DNA of 34,804 nucleotides from Bulleidia sp. (GCA_963587975.1 CAVAFS010000249.1:1-34804), one strand, 5' to 3'; numbered from the stretch's first letter, positions 7,241 to 17,071 are shown. Numbers and translations are program-made. The notes: generated by a model from the letters alone, not told the origin.

Positions 7241-8717
7241 ATCGTCCATATAATTTTGTCATCTCTCTGATCTGCTCTGCAAGTTCTTCTGTCAGACACC
7301 CGGACTTCATCCGCCAACGCCAGTTATCTCCAAGCGTAGATGGTGTATTGATCCTTGCTTCGCTTCCAAGTCCCAGGTAATCCTGCAATGGGATGATGCA
7401 CATATCCGCCACACTTGCCAGCGCAAGACGGATGAAATCCCAATGGATTTCCGCCTTGGGCGTATCTGCATTGTTCATGTACCTCTGAGACAGTTTTAAA
7501 TCCTCCGGATCTAATACTTTATACCAGCCGCAAAGAGTGTCATTATCGTGGGTTCCTGTATACACCACACAGTTTTTTCCATAATTATGTGGCAGATAAT
7601 CACTCTCTTCTCTGGAATCAAAGGCAAACTGTATGACTTTCATTCCAGGAAATCCGGAATCATGCAAAAGCTGGCGTACACCATCCGTCAGGAATCCCAA
7701 ATCTTCTGCAATTACATTTACCTCTCCAAGCGCATCCTTTAAGACATGCATCAGGCTCATGCCCGGACCCGGTTCCCAGTGTCCGTGTTCCGCCGTCTTA
7801 TCCCCCGCCGGAATGCTGTAATATTCGTCAAATCCGCGGAAATGATCAATGCGGACACAATCATATAATTTCAGGCACTGTGCAATCCGTCGAATCCACC
7901 AAGCATAACCAGTCTGTCTGTGATACTCCCAGCGGTACAACGGATTGCCCCATAACTGTCCGGTAGCGGAAAACGCGTCAGGCGGGCATCCCGCCACTGC
8001 AACAGGATTCAGTTCCTCATCAAACTGAAACAACTGTGGCTCTGCCCATGCATCCGCGCTGTCCAGCGCCACATAGATTGGAATATCACCGATGATCTGA
8101 ATACCTGCCTGCGCTGCATACCCATGCAGTTTTTCCCACTGGCAGAAAAACAGATACTGCTGGAACTGATAAAACTGTATTTCATCATGTCGTCCATGCC
8201 AGACCTGATCCAAAGTGCCAAGATCCCGTCTCTTGTATTTTTCTTCCCACTGAAGCCAGCTTGCTCCATCATGCATATTTTTTATCACCATAAACAATGC
8301 ATAATTTCCAAGCCACCAGTCATTTTCCCGACAAAATGAAAAAAATTCCTCCGTCGGATGTTTCAGAAAACGGTCACAGGCCATACGCAGAATCTTATAT
8401 CGATTCTGATAAAGGATCGCATAATCAACAGATTCCGGATTCTGACCAAAATCAAAATCGTCACACTCTTCTTTCGTCAGAAGCTGCTGCTCCACAAGCT
8501 GATCCAGATCGATAAAATACGGATTTCCTGCAAAGGATGAAAAAGACTGATAAGGAGAATCCCCATAACTTGTCTGTCCAAGTGGCAGCACCTGCCAGCT
8601 TTTCTGACCTGCTTTTTTTAAAAAATCTACAAACTGATATGCCTCTTTTGAAAAACTTCCAATTCCATATTTCGACGGAAGTGAAAATACCGGCATCAGA
8701 ATTCCGCTCGTTCTCAT
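7239..8717 (-). CDS. malQ: 4-alpha-glucanotransferase (amylomaltase, GH77)
   Basis: RTSGILMPVFSLPS, WQVLPL, GQLWGNPLY, VRIDHFRGF, IAEDLG, YTGTHDNDT, RINTPS. Confidence 0.96.
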   Translation of the reverse strand: MRTSGILMPVFSLPSKYGIGSFSKEAYQFVDFLKKAGQKSWQVLPLGQTSYGDSPYQSFSSFAGNPYFIDLDQLVEQQLLTKEECDDFDFGQNPESVDYAILYQNRYKILRMACDRFLKHPTEEFFSFCRENDWWLGNYALFMVIKNMHDGASWLQWEEKYKRRDLGTLDQVWHGRHDEIQFYQFQQYLFFCQWEKLHGYAAQAGIQIIGDIPIYVALDSADAWAEPQLFQFDEELNPVAVAGCPPDAFSATGQLWGNPLYRWEYHRQTGYAWWIRRIAQCLKLYDCVRIDHFRGFDEYYSIPAGDKTAEHGHWEPGPGMSLMHVLKDALGEVNVIAEDLGFLTDGVRQLLHDSGFPGMKVIQFAFDSREESDYLPHNYGKNCVVYTGTHDNDTLCGWYKVLDPEDLKLSQRYMNNADTPKAEIHWDFIRLALASVADMCIIPLQDYLGLGSEARINTPSTLGDNWRWRMKSGCLTEELAEQIREMTKLYGR

Positions 8718-8758
8718 AGTTTATATCCTTTCGTTCTACTTATAATTCCAAATATGAT

Positions 8759-8801
8759 AAAAAGTCCTTTTTGCTGCACTCTTGTAACAAAAAGGACTTT
8801 T
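8759..8801 (-). terminator. Terminator-like hairpin between the permease and malQ
   Basis: 14-bp perfect inverted repeat AAAAGTCCTTTTTG (8760-8773)/CAAAAAGGACTTTT (8788-8801). Confidence 0.7.
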
Positions 8802-8810
8802 CAGATTTTG

Positions 8811-9686
8811 TTAACCTTTGACGGCTCCTGCAGCAACACCTTTGATAATATATTTCTGACAAGTCAGATAAAATACAATGATCGGTAAAATCGCAAGTAC
8901 AAGCATTGCCATCATTGCTCCCATATCGATAGAACCGTATCCGCCGCGCAGATACTGAACGGCCATCGGAATGGTTGGTTTTTCACTGTCAAGTACCAGC
9001 GTCGGCAGCAGATAATCATTCCAGATCCACATTGCATTTAAAATAGCGACGGTGATCATAGTCGGACGAAGTATCGGAACAACTACTTTGAAATATGTCT
9101 GGATCGGTGTACAGCCATCGATCATTGCAGCCTCTTCCAGAGAAATTGGAATCGACTTGATAAATCCACAGAACATAAACAGCGACAACCCGGCTCCGAA
9201 TCCCAGATAAACCGGTATGATGCCAAACATATTTCCAAGATGCAGAAAGTCTGTTACTTTTGACAACGTAAACATAACCATCTGGAATGGAACGATCATT
9301 GCAAATACAAACAGATAATAAAGCACGGTAGATAATTTGCAGGTAACTCTGGTGATCCACCATGCGGCCATGGAAGTCAGCAGCACGATCACGATCACAG
9401 AGCAGATGGTGATGAATGCAGATCTTCCGGCTGCTGCCAGCAGGCCTGTTTTCTGAATACCATTTACGTAATTGTACATTCCGGCAAATGTTTCCGAATT
9501 CGGAAGCGCAAATGGCGCATCGCTGATATAAAGTTTGTTTTTAAAAGAGTTCATCAACACAAGGAAAATCGGGAACAGAAAAGCAACGGCCAGAAGTGTC
9601 ATCACAATGGTGATCACAATACCGGTACCTTTTGATACGGACGGATTTTCAATAATCTCGTTTTTGTTTTTTTTCTTTTTCAGCAT
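8811..9686 (-). CDS. Carbohydrate ABC transporter permease (MalG/MsmG type)
   Basis: Multiple TMs, EAA loop LEEAAMIDGC, WIWNDYLLP, C-terminal GAVKG; TAATG overlap with the upstream permease. Confidence 0.95.
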   Translation of the reverse strand: MLKKKKNKNEIIENPSVSKGTGIVITIVMTLLAVAFLFPIFLVLMNSFKNKLYISDAPFALPNSETFAGMYNYVNGIQKTGLLAAAGRSAFITICSVIVIVLLTSMAAWWITRVTCKLSTVLYYLFVFAMIVPFQMVMFTLSKVTDFLHLGNMFGIIPVYLGFGAGLSLFMFCGFIKSIPISLEEAAMIDGCTPIQTYFKVVVPILRPTMITVAILNAMWIWNDYLLPTLVLDSEKPTIPMAVQYLRGGYGSIDMGAMMAMLVLAILPIIVFYLTCQKYIIKGVAAGAVKG

Positions 9687-10528
9687 TAGTTCTCAACCTC
9701 CTTACGTCTTGTGAAATATAACTGTGTCAGTGAGATTGCTGCTACAATGAGAAAGAAGATCACTGCTTTTGCCTGACCAACGCCTTCCCATCCGTTTCTG
9801 TTATAGAACGTTGTGTAAATATCGTAAGCAAGCATTGCTGTTTTCTTGGCCGGTCCGCCTGCGGTCAATGCCAGGTTCTGGTCAAACAGTTTGAAGCAGT
9901 TCGTAAGAGTCAGAAACAGACAGATCGTAACGGACGGCATTGTCATCGGAATAATGATCTTATACAATGTCTGAAATTTGCTTGCGCCGTCAATTTCTGC
10001 TGCCTCAATGAGTTCTGTCGGTATATTCTGAATACCGGCAATATAAATGATCATCATATATCCGATCAGCTGCCAGTTTGTCAGGATGACCATACCCCAG
10101 AATCCATATTTTGGATCTGCCGTAATCGTCACATTAAAGTGTGCAAGTACACCATTGATCAGAAGCTGCCAGATATAACCAAGTACAATTCCTCCGATCA
10201 GATTCGGCATAAAAAATACGGTACGAAAAATATTGGTTCCCTTTAATCCGCGTGTCAGCCCATAAGCCAGCGCAAAAGAAATCACATTGATCGTAATAAC
10301 AGAAACAACCGTAAATTTCACGGTAAATAACAATGCATTAATAAAGTCTTTATTTGAAAATGCTTTCACATAATTTGCGATTCCAACCCAGTGTGCATTT
10401 GTTACTGTCGTAAATTTGCAAAATGAAAGCACAATACCCATGATAAATGGAATAATAAAAAACAGTGTAAATGCAATCAGTGTGGGTAATACAAAAAGAG
10501 CAAAATATTTCTTGTATGTCTTTTGCAT
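9686..10528 (-). CDS. Carbohydrate ABC transporter permease (MalF/MsmF type)
   Basis: WVGIANY, FRTVFFMP, EAA loop LIEAAEIDGA, FKLFD...LTAGGP. Confidence 0.95.
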   Translation of the reverse strand: MQKTYKKYFALFVLPTLIAFTLFFIIPFIMGIVLSFCKFTTVTNAHWVGIANYVKAFSNKDFINALLFTVKFTVVSVITINVISFALAYGLTRGLKGTNIFRTVFFMPNLIGGIVLGYIWQLLINGVLAHFNVTITADPKYGFWGMVILTNWQLIGYMMIIYIAGIQNIPTELIEAAEIDGASKFQTLYKIIIPMTMPSVTICLFLTLTNCFKLFDQNLALTAGGPAKKTAMLAYDIYTTFYNRNGWEGVGQAKAVIFFLIVAAISLTQLYFTRRKEVEN

Positions 10529-10567
10529 AGATCTCCCTCCCTACAGATACAGTTATGATGCTTATAC

Positions 10568-10645
10568 AGGAAAGTGTGCTACCACATTCTCCCGCATACA
10601 AAATTATCAAAAGCCCAAAAGTGGAGGCAGCCGATGACCGCCTCC
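10568..10645 (-). other. Two intergenic stem-loops between SBP and permease genes (partial terminator or mRNA stabiliser)
   Basis: GGAGGC...GCCTCC (about 10623-10645) and minus-strand GGGAGAAUGUG-GUAG-CACACUUUCCU (about 10568-10593). Confidence 0.55.
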
Positions 10646-10673
10646 TTACCCTTGAGATTCATGTATGATGTTA

Positions 10674-12041
10674 TTACTCAGCTGTAGCTTCTTTCTCAGA
10701 TGCCCATTCATCAACAGTATCTGATACTACAGCATCCCAGTCCTTGTTACCGTTTGCATACTCCAGAAGAGATGCACCAAGATCATCTTTGAATGTCTGG
10801 CTTGGGAATGTTGTAAAGTTCCATGGTACCGTTGTAAGAGAATCATCTTTCATATATTTTACTACTTCCTGTGCCAGCGGATCGGAAGAAATCTCATCCT
10901 CGCCAAATGTGCTGAACGGTGTAATAAACTGAAGATCATTTGTTACCATCTGTTTTCCTTCATCAGAGCTGAATACCCATTTCAGGAAATCAAGAGATGC
11001 TTTCTGATCTGCTTCAGATGCATTGCTGTTCACACACATGTAATTTTCTGTACCGATGCACAGCCCCTGTGATTCTTCACCTTCTACTCCAGTGTAGATC
11101 GGCATAAATTTCACTTTGTCTTCTTTTACTACGTTGCCGCTTACTTCACTGATCTGTCCCCATGCCCAGTTACCATTCTGAACCATAGCTGCTTTTCCCA
11201 ATGCGAACTCTGCCATAGAATCATCTACAGATTTAGAACCAACCATGGTAGGCTCAACAGTTGAATTGTTCAGGTACAGATCAAAGATATTTTTGTAATT
11301 ATCGCTGTATTTAAAAGTGATTGCATCTTCATCACTTACGCCTGCATCTTTGTACTCATAATAAACCGGAAGGTTCATCAGATGTGTCTGCCATCTCCAG
11401 TCCTCACCAGGTGCAAAGGATGTGGATGCAAATACGCCTTCAATGCCAAGGTCATCCTTGTGTGCTGTCATATCTTCTACAACTGTTTTTAAAGTATCAA
11501 AGTTTTTAATATCATCCATGGAAGCTGCTTTTGCACCCGGAAGAGCGAAATATTTTTCCATAATCTCTTCATTATAGATAATACCGTAACCTTCTTCTGC
11601 AAACGGGATACCGTATACGCCGTCACCCTCTGTAATCGCAAGATCTTTATCTACCAGCATATCGTAAAATTCTGTATCTTTCAGGTCTGCACAGTACTCT
11701 TTCCAGGACTGATATCCCACCGGTCCGTTGATCTGGAATAAAGTCGGTGCATCACTTTTTGCCATTTCTGATTTCAGTGTCTGTTCATACTGATTGGATG
11801 CTGCTGTCTTTACTTTTACCGGAATGCCTGTCTCCTCGGTATATTTTGCAGCGATTGCTTCCCACTTCTCTGCGATCTCCGGTTTGAAGTTCAGGTAGTA
11901 AACAGATCCTTCTGCACTGTTTCCTGCTTTTTCATTTCCTGCTGAGGAAGCATCTCCGCCACCTGCAGAACCACAGCCTGCCAATAATCCTGTTACTGTC
12001 AATGCTGCCAGACACATTGCTAATAATTTTTTCTTTTTCAT
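10674..12041 (-). CDS. Sugar ABC transporter substrate-binding lipoprotein, probably for malto-/alpha-gluco-oligosaccharides
   Basis: Signal peptide with lipobox LAGC; SBP family 1 motifs (VYGIPFAEEGYGIIYN, FALGKAAMVQNGNW); substrate inferred from adjacent malQ. Confidence 0.9.
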   Translation of the reverse strand: MKKKKLLAMCLAALTVTGLLAGCGSAGGGDASSAGNEKAGNSAEGSVYYLNFKPEIAEKWEAIAAKYTEETGIPVKVKTAASNQYEQTLKSEMAKSDAPTLFQINGPVGYQSWKEYCADLKDTEFYDMLVDKDLAITEGDGVYGIPFAEEGYGIIYNEEIMEKYFALPGAKAASMDDIKNFDTLKTVVEDMTAHKDDLGIEGVFASTSFAPGEDWRWQTHLMNLPVYYEYKDAGVSDEDAITFKYSDNYKNIFDLYLNNSTVEPTMVGSKSVDDSMAEFALGKAAMVQNGNWAWGQISEVSGNVVKEDKVKFMPIYTGVEGEESQGLCIGTENYMCVNSNASEADQKASLDFLKWVFSSDEGKQMVTNDLQFITPFSTFGEDEISSDPLAQEVVKYMKDDSLTTVPWNFTTFPSQTFKDDLGASLLEYANGNKDWDAVVSDTVDEWASEKEATAE

Positions 12042-12045
12042 AAAA

Positions 12046-12121
12046 AATACCCTCTTTCCTTTTCAATATAGAATCAAGTGCGTTCCTGTTTGATAGTTAT
12101 ATTGTATAGAAAGAGGGTATT
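12046..12121 (-). promoter_or_regulatory. Long hairpin covering the SBP ribosome-binding site and a probable internal promoter
   Basis: 13-bp perfect inverted repeat 12046-12058/12109-12121, plus 12064-12070/12098-12104 and 12073-12077/12090-12094; minus-strand TACAAT at 12101-12106. Confidence 0.65.
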
Positions 12122-12123
12122 GT

Positions 12124-13767
12124 TTAATACAAAAGATTTTCAAGAATCATGTTCTTTTTCCACGATTCTGTAAAAGTGTCAAAATATGAGATTGGTTCTT
12201 CCCCGGTAATAATCTTCATAAAAGCCAGGGTTTCCATGTTTGTCATATCCTGTGGCAGCTCCCGGTAAGAATACGGAACATAATGTTCATTTACATAAGA
12301 CACATCCGCATCTTCAATGAGGCGTACTGCCTGTATTCTGGAAGCATAGGCCGCCCAGTAACCTGCATCCTTATCTCCATCCAGGAATTTCCGGCAGCTG
12401 TCATAGTAGGCAGATTCCAGAGAGTTCATGGAGTCCATCTGACGCGGATAGTGCAGCGCCAGCCAGATATGATCTGTGGTCGTAAATACTGCATTACTGT
12501 AATCGCAGTTGGCCACCAGCGGACGGGTTGTGATATCCGCACCCCTTTTCTGGTATTCGTCAATCTCACTGCTTCCGTTATGCCGATATCTCGCATTATC
12601 AAAAAGCGCCGTCATGATTTTCATCACCACTTCCGGATGTTCATATCCTTTGCGCACGACAATATAAGGTGCTGTCTTTCCGTAAATATAAGAATTTACC
12701 TTTCCTTGTGCATCCGTGATCACATAAGGTTTCCACTCTGCCTCAGGATTTGCCTCTACCGCTTCCATCAACGGATTGTTTGGTGCCCACCACCAGCCGA
12801 AAAAAGCTCCGCAACGGTTATCCCTGATCAGTTCACCGACTTCGCCCGGTGTACGCATCATATAATCCTGATCCAGGATCCCTGCCTCATACCATCCATG
12901 AAGATATTCCAGTGCCTGTCTTGTCTCTTCTGTTAAGGAACCATATTCGTACTCACCTGCAGCGTTTTGCAGCCAGATTCCCGGATATGCATGAAATGCT
13001 GCAAAAATCGAATCTACCGAAAAATTTGCAGAACCCTTCCCATACAGTTCTGCCAGACAGGGAAGACCTATATTTCCATTTCCACTGGGATCCGCTTCCC
13101 GAAACGCCTGCACGATATGCTCCACATCCGCAAGGGTAGACGGCTCCGGCAGTCCCAGCTGCTCCCGCCAGTCTTCCCGCACCCAGAACAGATTGCATCC
13201 ATAATACACCTGGGTGGATGGAAGTGCCATCAGTTTTCCCTCAATGGTAACCGATTCCAGTAATTCTTTTCCATAACTGCTGTACATGGATTTGATGGTA
13301 CTGGATGTCGCATTCTGATAAGCATCTGTCAGATCTTCGATCATACCGTATTCTGTCAGTTTCTGTACTTCTTCCGCGCTGGACACCAGCATCACATCCG
13401 GCAGATTATTTTCAGCGATCATCCGCTGGATATACAGATAATAATTTTCATCTTCCGACACTTCCAAAACATCTTCATTTTGTACATTCAGCGTCTTTTT
13501 CAGATATCTTGTATACGCATTATCCTCATAAGTATCCCCCTCCGGCATACCGGAATTTCCGGAAGCAGTCATTTTTGCCAGTGTATAAGTCACCGTTTCC
13601 GGATACGGGGTCAGCGGTGTTGACTCCGCTTTTTCCCAGGATGTCTCCGTCTTTTTATCCGTTTCCTCTTCTGCCACATCACTGTTAATGTCAAATGCAG
13701 CCACGCCAAGGATCACACACAGGATTCCTGCTGCTGCCGCCTGTCCGGTTCTTCTGTTACGGCTCAT
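12124..13767 (-). CDS. LplA-like extracellular solute-binding protein, membrane-anchored, probable sensor accessory subunit
   Basis: TYEDNAYTRYLK, LPDVMLV, GMIEDLT, WVREDWREQLGLPEPSTL, GAFFGWWW; N-terminal hydrophobic stretch without a lipobox; start at 13767 overlaps the kinase stop. Confidence 0.85.
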   Translation of the reverse strand: MSRNRRTGQAAAAGILCVILGVAAFDINSDVAEEETDKKTETSWEKAESTPLTPYPETVTYTLAKMTASGNSGMPEGDTYEDNAYTRYLKKTLNVQNEDVLEVSEDENYYLYIQRMIAENNLPDVMLVSSAEEVQKLTEYGMIEDLTDAYQNATSSTIKSMYSSYGKELLESVTIEGKLMALPSTQVYYGCNLFWVREDWREQLGLPEPSTLADVEHIVQAFREADPSGNGNIGLPCLAELYGKGSANFSVDSIFAAFHAYPGIWLQNAAGEYEYGSLTEETRQALEYLHGWYEAGILDQDYMMRTPGEVGELIRDNRCGAFFGWWWAPNNPLMEAVEANPEAEWKPYVITDAQGKVNSYIYGKTAPYIVVRKGYEHPEVVMKIMTALFDNARYRHNGSSEIDEYQKRGADITTRPLVANCDYSNAVFTTTDHIWLALHYPRQMDSMNSLESAYYDSCRKFLDGDKDAGYWAAYASRIQAVRLIEDADVSYVNEHYVPYSYRELPQDMTNMETLAFMKIITGEEPISYFDTFTESWKKNMILENLLY

Positions 13768-15451
13768 TGATTTCTCCCTTCTGCACCTTTGGGAAATGTA
13801 ATAACACCTCCGTACCCTTGCCCGGTCTGCTGTTGATCTGAATAGTATAGGCTTCCCCAAAACTCAGTTTCATTCTGTCATTTACATTTTTGACGCCGTA
13901 ACCTACTGCATGATATTCCAGCACATGAGCCAGCGTATCCTCATCCATTCCAACACCATTATCACGGATGCTGACATAGATCAGCCCCGTCTCTTTTTCC
14001 TCCCAGATATGAAACCAGATCTGATGATCCGGATCTTCTTTGATATCCAGCCCATGCTCCAGTGCATTTTCCACAAAAGGCTGAAAAATAAGTGACGGAA
14101 GTTCGTAATCCAGCAGATTTTCATCCACCTCATAATGTACCTTAAAATCATCATCATGCATCCAGAGCTGAAGCTGCACATACGCCTGAATATTCTGTAA
14201 GGCCAGCCGCAGACTGATCCATGTTTTTCCTTTGTTTAACGTCGTTCGGTAAAACGCAGAAAGGGCAAGTGTTACCTGACTGATTTCCTCTTCCCCTGCC
14301 TCTATGGCCTTCCAGTTGATCATAGACAGAGAATTATACAAAAAGTGCGGATTGATCTGTGCCTGCAAAGCTTTCATCTCAAATCCTTTCCGGGCAATCT
14401 GTGTCTCGTAATTTTCCCGTATCAGTTCCTGAATCCGCTGCATCATATGATTGTAACTGTTGATGAGGATTCCGATTTCATCTTCCCGGTTGCTGTGAAG
14501 GTTCGCCTGAATGTTTGTTTCGTCCATGGACTGAATTTCTTCCGTCAGTTCTTCCAGCGGTCTGGATAAATATTTTGCAAATCTTCGTCCCAGCAAAATA
14601 ATACACACAAGACAGGCACCAACCTGCATTGCAATAATGAGAAACGTCTTTCCGGAAAACGGACTCAGGTTGGATTTCTTTTGAAAATAAGTGACCGTCG
14701 CGTCCATCTGATTCAGATCCTGCTGTACCCACAAATAGTCCTTTTTGTTTTCCGTAAAATTCACATACATTCCATTTTTATCCGTACATTTTTTTCCGTA
14801 AAAATTCCAGATCTCATTTTGCTCTGTCTGCACATGAACCCCATAATGATCCACCGCAAGCTGATTTAAAGACTCGAACAGCGTTGGTATATCCGTGCGT
14901 ACTGCCACATAACTTTCGATGCCGGAATAACTTGGAATCTTGTACAAAGAAATCAGATCCAGTGTATCTTCATCAAATACCCACTCTTTATCCCTGAGGC
15001 CTTCTCGATACCAGGATTCCCCATACAGATCCTCCAACGGACGAGTTTCATTTCCAAAAGACTGCTGAATGCCCTCAGAATAAATAGTAATGGATTCCAT
15101 GATCAGATTCTGATACTGTAGCGCACTGATGGTATTGGAAACTTCCTGATACAGCTCATAACGCTGCGTCTTTTTCGCCGGATCGCATTCCAGAAAATTG
15201 ATGATATCCTGATTATATACAAAATAATTCATCATCTGCTGACAGGTATACATCTGATAATCCACGATTCCGCAGGCCTGCTGCAATGCATTTGTCATAT
15301 CCTTTTCCCGGTAATTTAAAACGGTATGATAAGAATTGATACCGAGGGAAATTCCAAGCACCGTAACCGGCACCATACCGACAAGGCACAGAATCGTAAG
15401 CATCTTTTTCCGGATGGAAAATTTATGAAATAACTGTTTCAGCCTGCTCAT
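13757..15451 (-). CDS. YesM/LytS-family sensor histidine kinase
   Basis: Two TMs, HAMP, ALQAQINPHFLYNSL, QPFVENALEHG, DNGVGM, GYGVKNV; start at 15451. Confidence 0.94.
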   Translation of the reverse strand: MSRLKQLFHKFSIRKKMLTILCLVGMVPVTVLGISLGINSYHTVLNYREKDMTNALQQACGIVDYQMYTCQQMMNYFVYNQDIINFLECDPAKKTQRYELYQEVSNTISALQYQNLIMESITIYSEGIQQSFGNETRPLEDLYGESWYREGLRDKEWVFDEDTLDLISLYKIPSYSGIESYVAVRTDIPTLFESLNQLAVDHYGVHVQTEQNEIWNFYGKKCTDKNGMYVNFTENKKDYLWVQQDLNQMDATVTYFQKKSNLSPFSGKTFLIIAMQVGACLVCIILLGRRFAKYLSRPLEELTEEIQSMDETNIQANLHSNREDEIGILINSYNHMMQRIQELIRENYETQIARKGFEMKALQAQINPHFLYNSLSMINWKAIEAGEEEISQVTLALSAFYRTTLNKGKTWISLRLALQNIQAYVQLQLWMHDDDFKVHYEVDENLLDYELPSLIFQPFVENALEHGLDIKEDPDHQIWFHIWEEKETGLIYVSIRDNGVGMDEDTLAHVLEYHAVGYGVKNVNDRMKLSFGEAYTIQINSRPGKGTEVLLHFPKVQKGEINEP

Positions 15452-16955
15452 CTGTCCTTCCACCCTTTCGATACTGCTCCGGACTGCATCCGCAGTATTC
15501 CCGGAAATTTTTACAAAAATAAGATACGTTTGAGAAACCGGTCTCTTTACAGATCTGTACGATCTTCATAGAAGTATCGGAAAGCAGTTTTTTCGCCTGC
15601 TCCATCCGATAATTTCGGATAAAGCGGCTGACGGTATCCCCGGTCTCTTTCTTAAATATGTAACTGAAATATCCCGGTGACAGATAAACCAGCTCCGCTA
15701 ATTTTTCTACGCTGATATCCTCACTGTAATGCTCATAAATATAACTTTTTGCCTGTGCGACTTCATTTCTGGAACCGTCATTACTTGCTGCCAGACGCTC
15801 CTCCATATTCTGGATCAGGGACTCCACCAGATCCAGCACTTCCTGCACAGACTGCATCTCATATACCTTCTGAACAGCCGCTTCCAGTTTTTTTCTGTCC
15901 TGATGCTGATGTGTAAAAAATTCCTTTACCAGATTGGAAAACAAAAACCGTGTATAGATCTGTGAATAACTGCCGAGTTCCCCCATACCGCTCTTCAGGA
16001 TTCGAAAATGTTCCCACAGATGAGTCATATCATCCAGACGGATATTTTCAATCATACGATTGATGGTCTCATCCAGAAACTGCTCACTCCCGGTATCTTC
16101 AGATACCTTATCCGGCAGAAACACCCTAGTTTCCTTTTGATAAAACTTATTCTCTATCAGGATTTCAAGATTCTGATAAATCTCCGGAAGTTCACTCCGA
16201 TCCGTAACCGGCTGACCAGCCGCCACATAAAAACGTTTGCCAAAAGTGTGGTTCATCCACTCTGCCAGATCGGTCGCAAAGACATTCTGATCGCAGACGC
16301 CATAAAGGACACAAAGTTCCTGATTCTGCGCCAGGTTTAAAAAAGATACTTTCTGCTTACTGTATTCTGTCAGTTTTTGAATAAAACTCTCTTCTGCTTC
16401 TTCAAAAAAGTTATCTTCACTTTCGATCAGCAGCAGACCTCTGATCTGATTCCAGTTGTCAATGTTGACCTTTCCACTAATCCGGTTAAGCAGTTCCTCA
16501 TTTCCCTGGCAGAGATATCTGGAAAGAAAATAATTATCCAGAGAATCCTGATTCCACCGGCTGCGCTGTTCCTGTTCCCTGCGTTCCTCAATTTTTTTCA
16601 CCAAAAGATCCAGTGTATGTTCAAACTCCGCTGGATCCACCGGTTTCAGCACATAATTCGATACCCCGGAAGCCATTGCCTTTTTCGCATATTCAAACTC
16701 GCCATATCCGGAAAAGATCACCATCTCCAGCTCCGGCTGAAGCTTATGGGCCACAGAAACCAGTTCTATTCCATCCATAAACGGCATTTTTATATCCGTC
16801 AGCATAATATCCACTGTCTGACACTGTAAAATTTCACAGGCCGCCTTTCCGTTGGCGGCCTCTAAAATCTCCATTTCTTCACTGCGCCGGTTCAGCAAAA
16901 AGCGGATTCCCTTCCGCTCCAGTTTTTCATCATCTACTACCAGAATCGTCAGCAT
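15423..16955 (-). CDS. YesN-family response regulator (receiver + AraC HTH)
   Basis: ILVVDDE, MLTDIKMP, YVLKP; C-terminal LSPGYFSYIFKKETG and GFSNVSYFCKNFREYCGCSPEQYR. Confidence 0.95.
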   Translation of the reverse strand: MLTILVVDDEKLERKGIRFLLNRRSEEMEILEAANGKAACEILQCQTVDIMLTDIKMPFMDGIELVSVAHKLQPELEMVIFSGYGEFEYAKKAMASGVSNYVLKPVDPAEFEHTLDLLVKKIEERREQEQRSRWNQDSLDNYFLSRYLCQGNEELLNRISGKVNIDNWNQIRGLLLIESEDNFFEEAEESFIQKLTEYSKQKVSFLNLAQNQELCVLYGVCDQNVFATDLAEWMNHTFGKRFYVAAGQPVTDRSELPEIYQNLEILIENKFYQKETRVFLPDKVSEDTGSEQFLDETINRMIENIRLDDMTHLWEHFRILKSGMGELGSYSQIYTRFLFSNLVKEFFTHQHQDRKKLEAAVQKVYEMQSVQEVLDLVESLIQNMEERLAASNDGSRNEVAQAKSYIYEHYSEDISVEKLAELVYLSPGYFSYIFKKETGDTVSRFIRNYRMEQAKKLLSDTSMKIVQICKETGFSNVSYFCKNFREYCGCSPEQYRKGGRTDEQAETVIS

Positions 16956-16985
16956 ATTTTTACTCCCCCAATTTCTATTTGATTC

Positions 16986-17033
16986 ATTGTATCATACTTT
17001 TTCTTCTCGTGCGAGTGTGCATCGTTTGCACGA
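16986..17033 (-). promoter_or_regulatory. Promoter of the regulatory operon with a palindromic operator candidate
   Basis: TG-A-TACAAT extended -10 (16986-16994); GTGCA-N5-TGCAC palindrome at 17017-17031. Confidence 0.5.
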
Positions 17034-17071
17034 AGTGCTTTTTTGCCAGGAAATCCAACGTATTTTAAATG

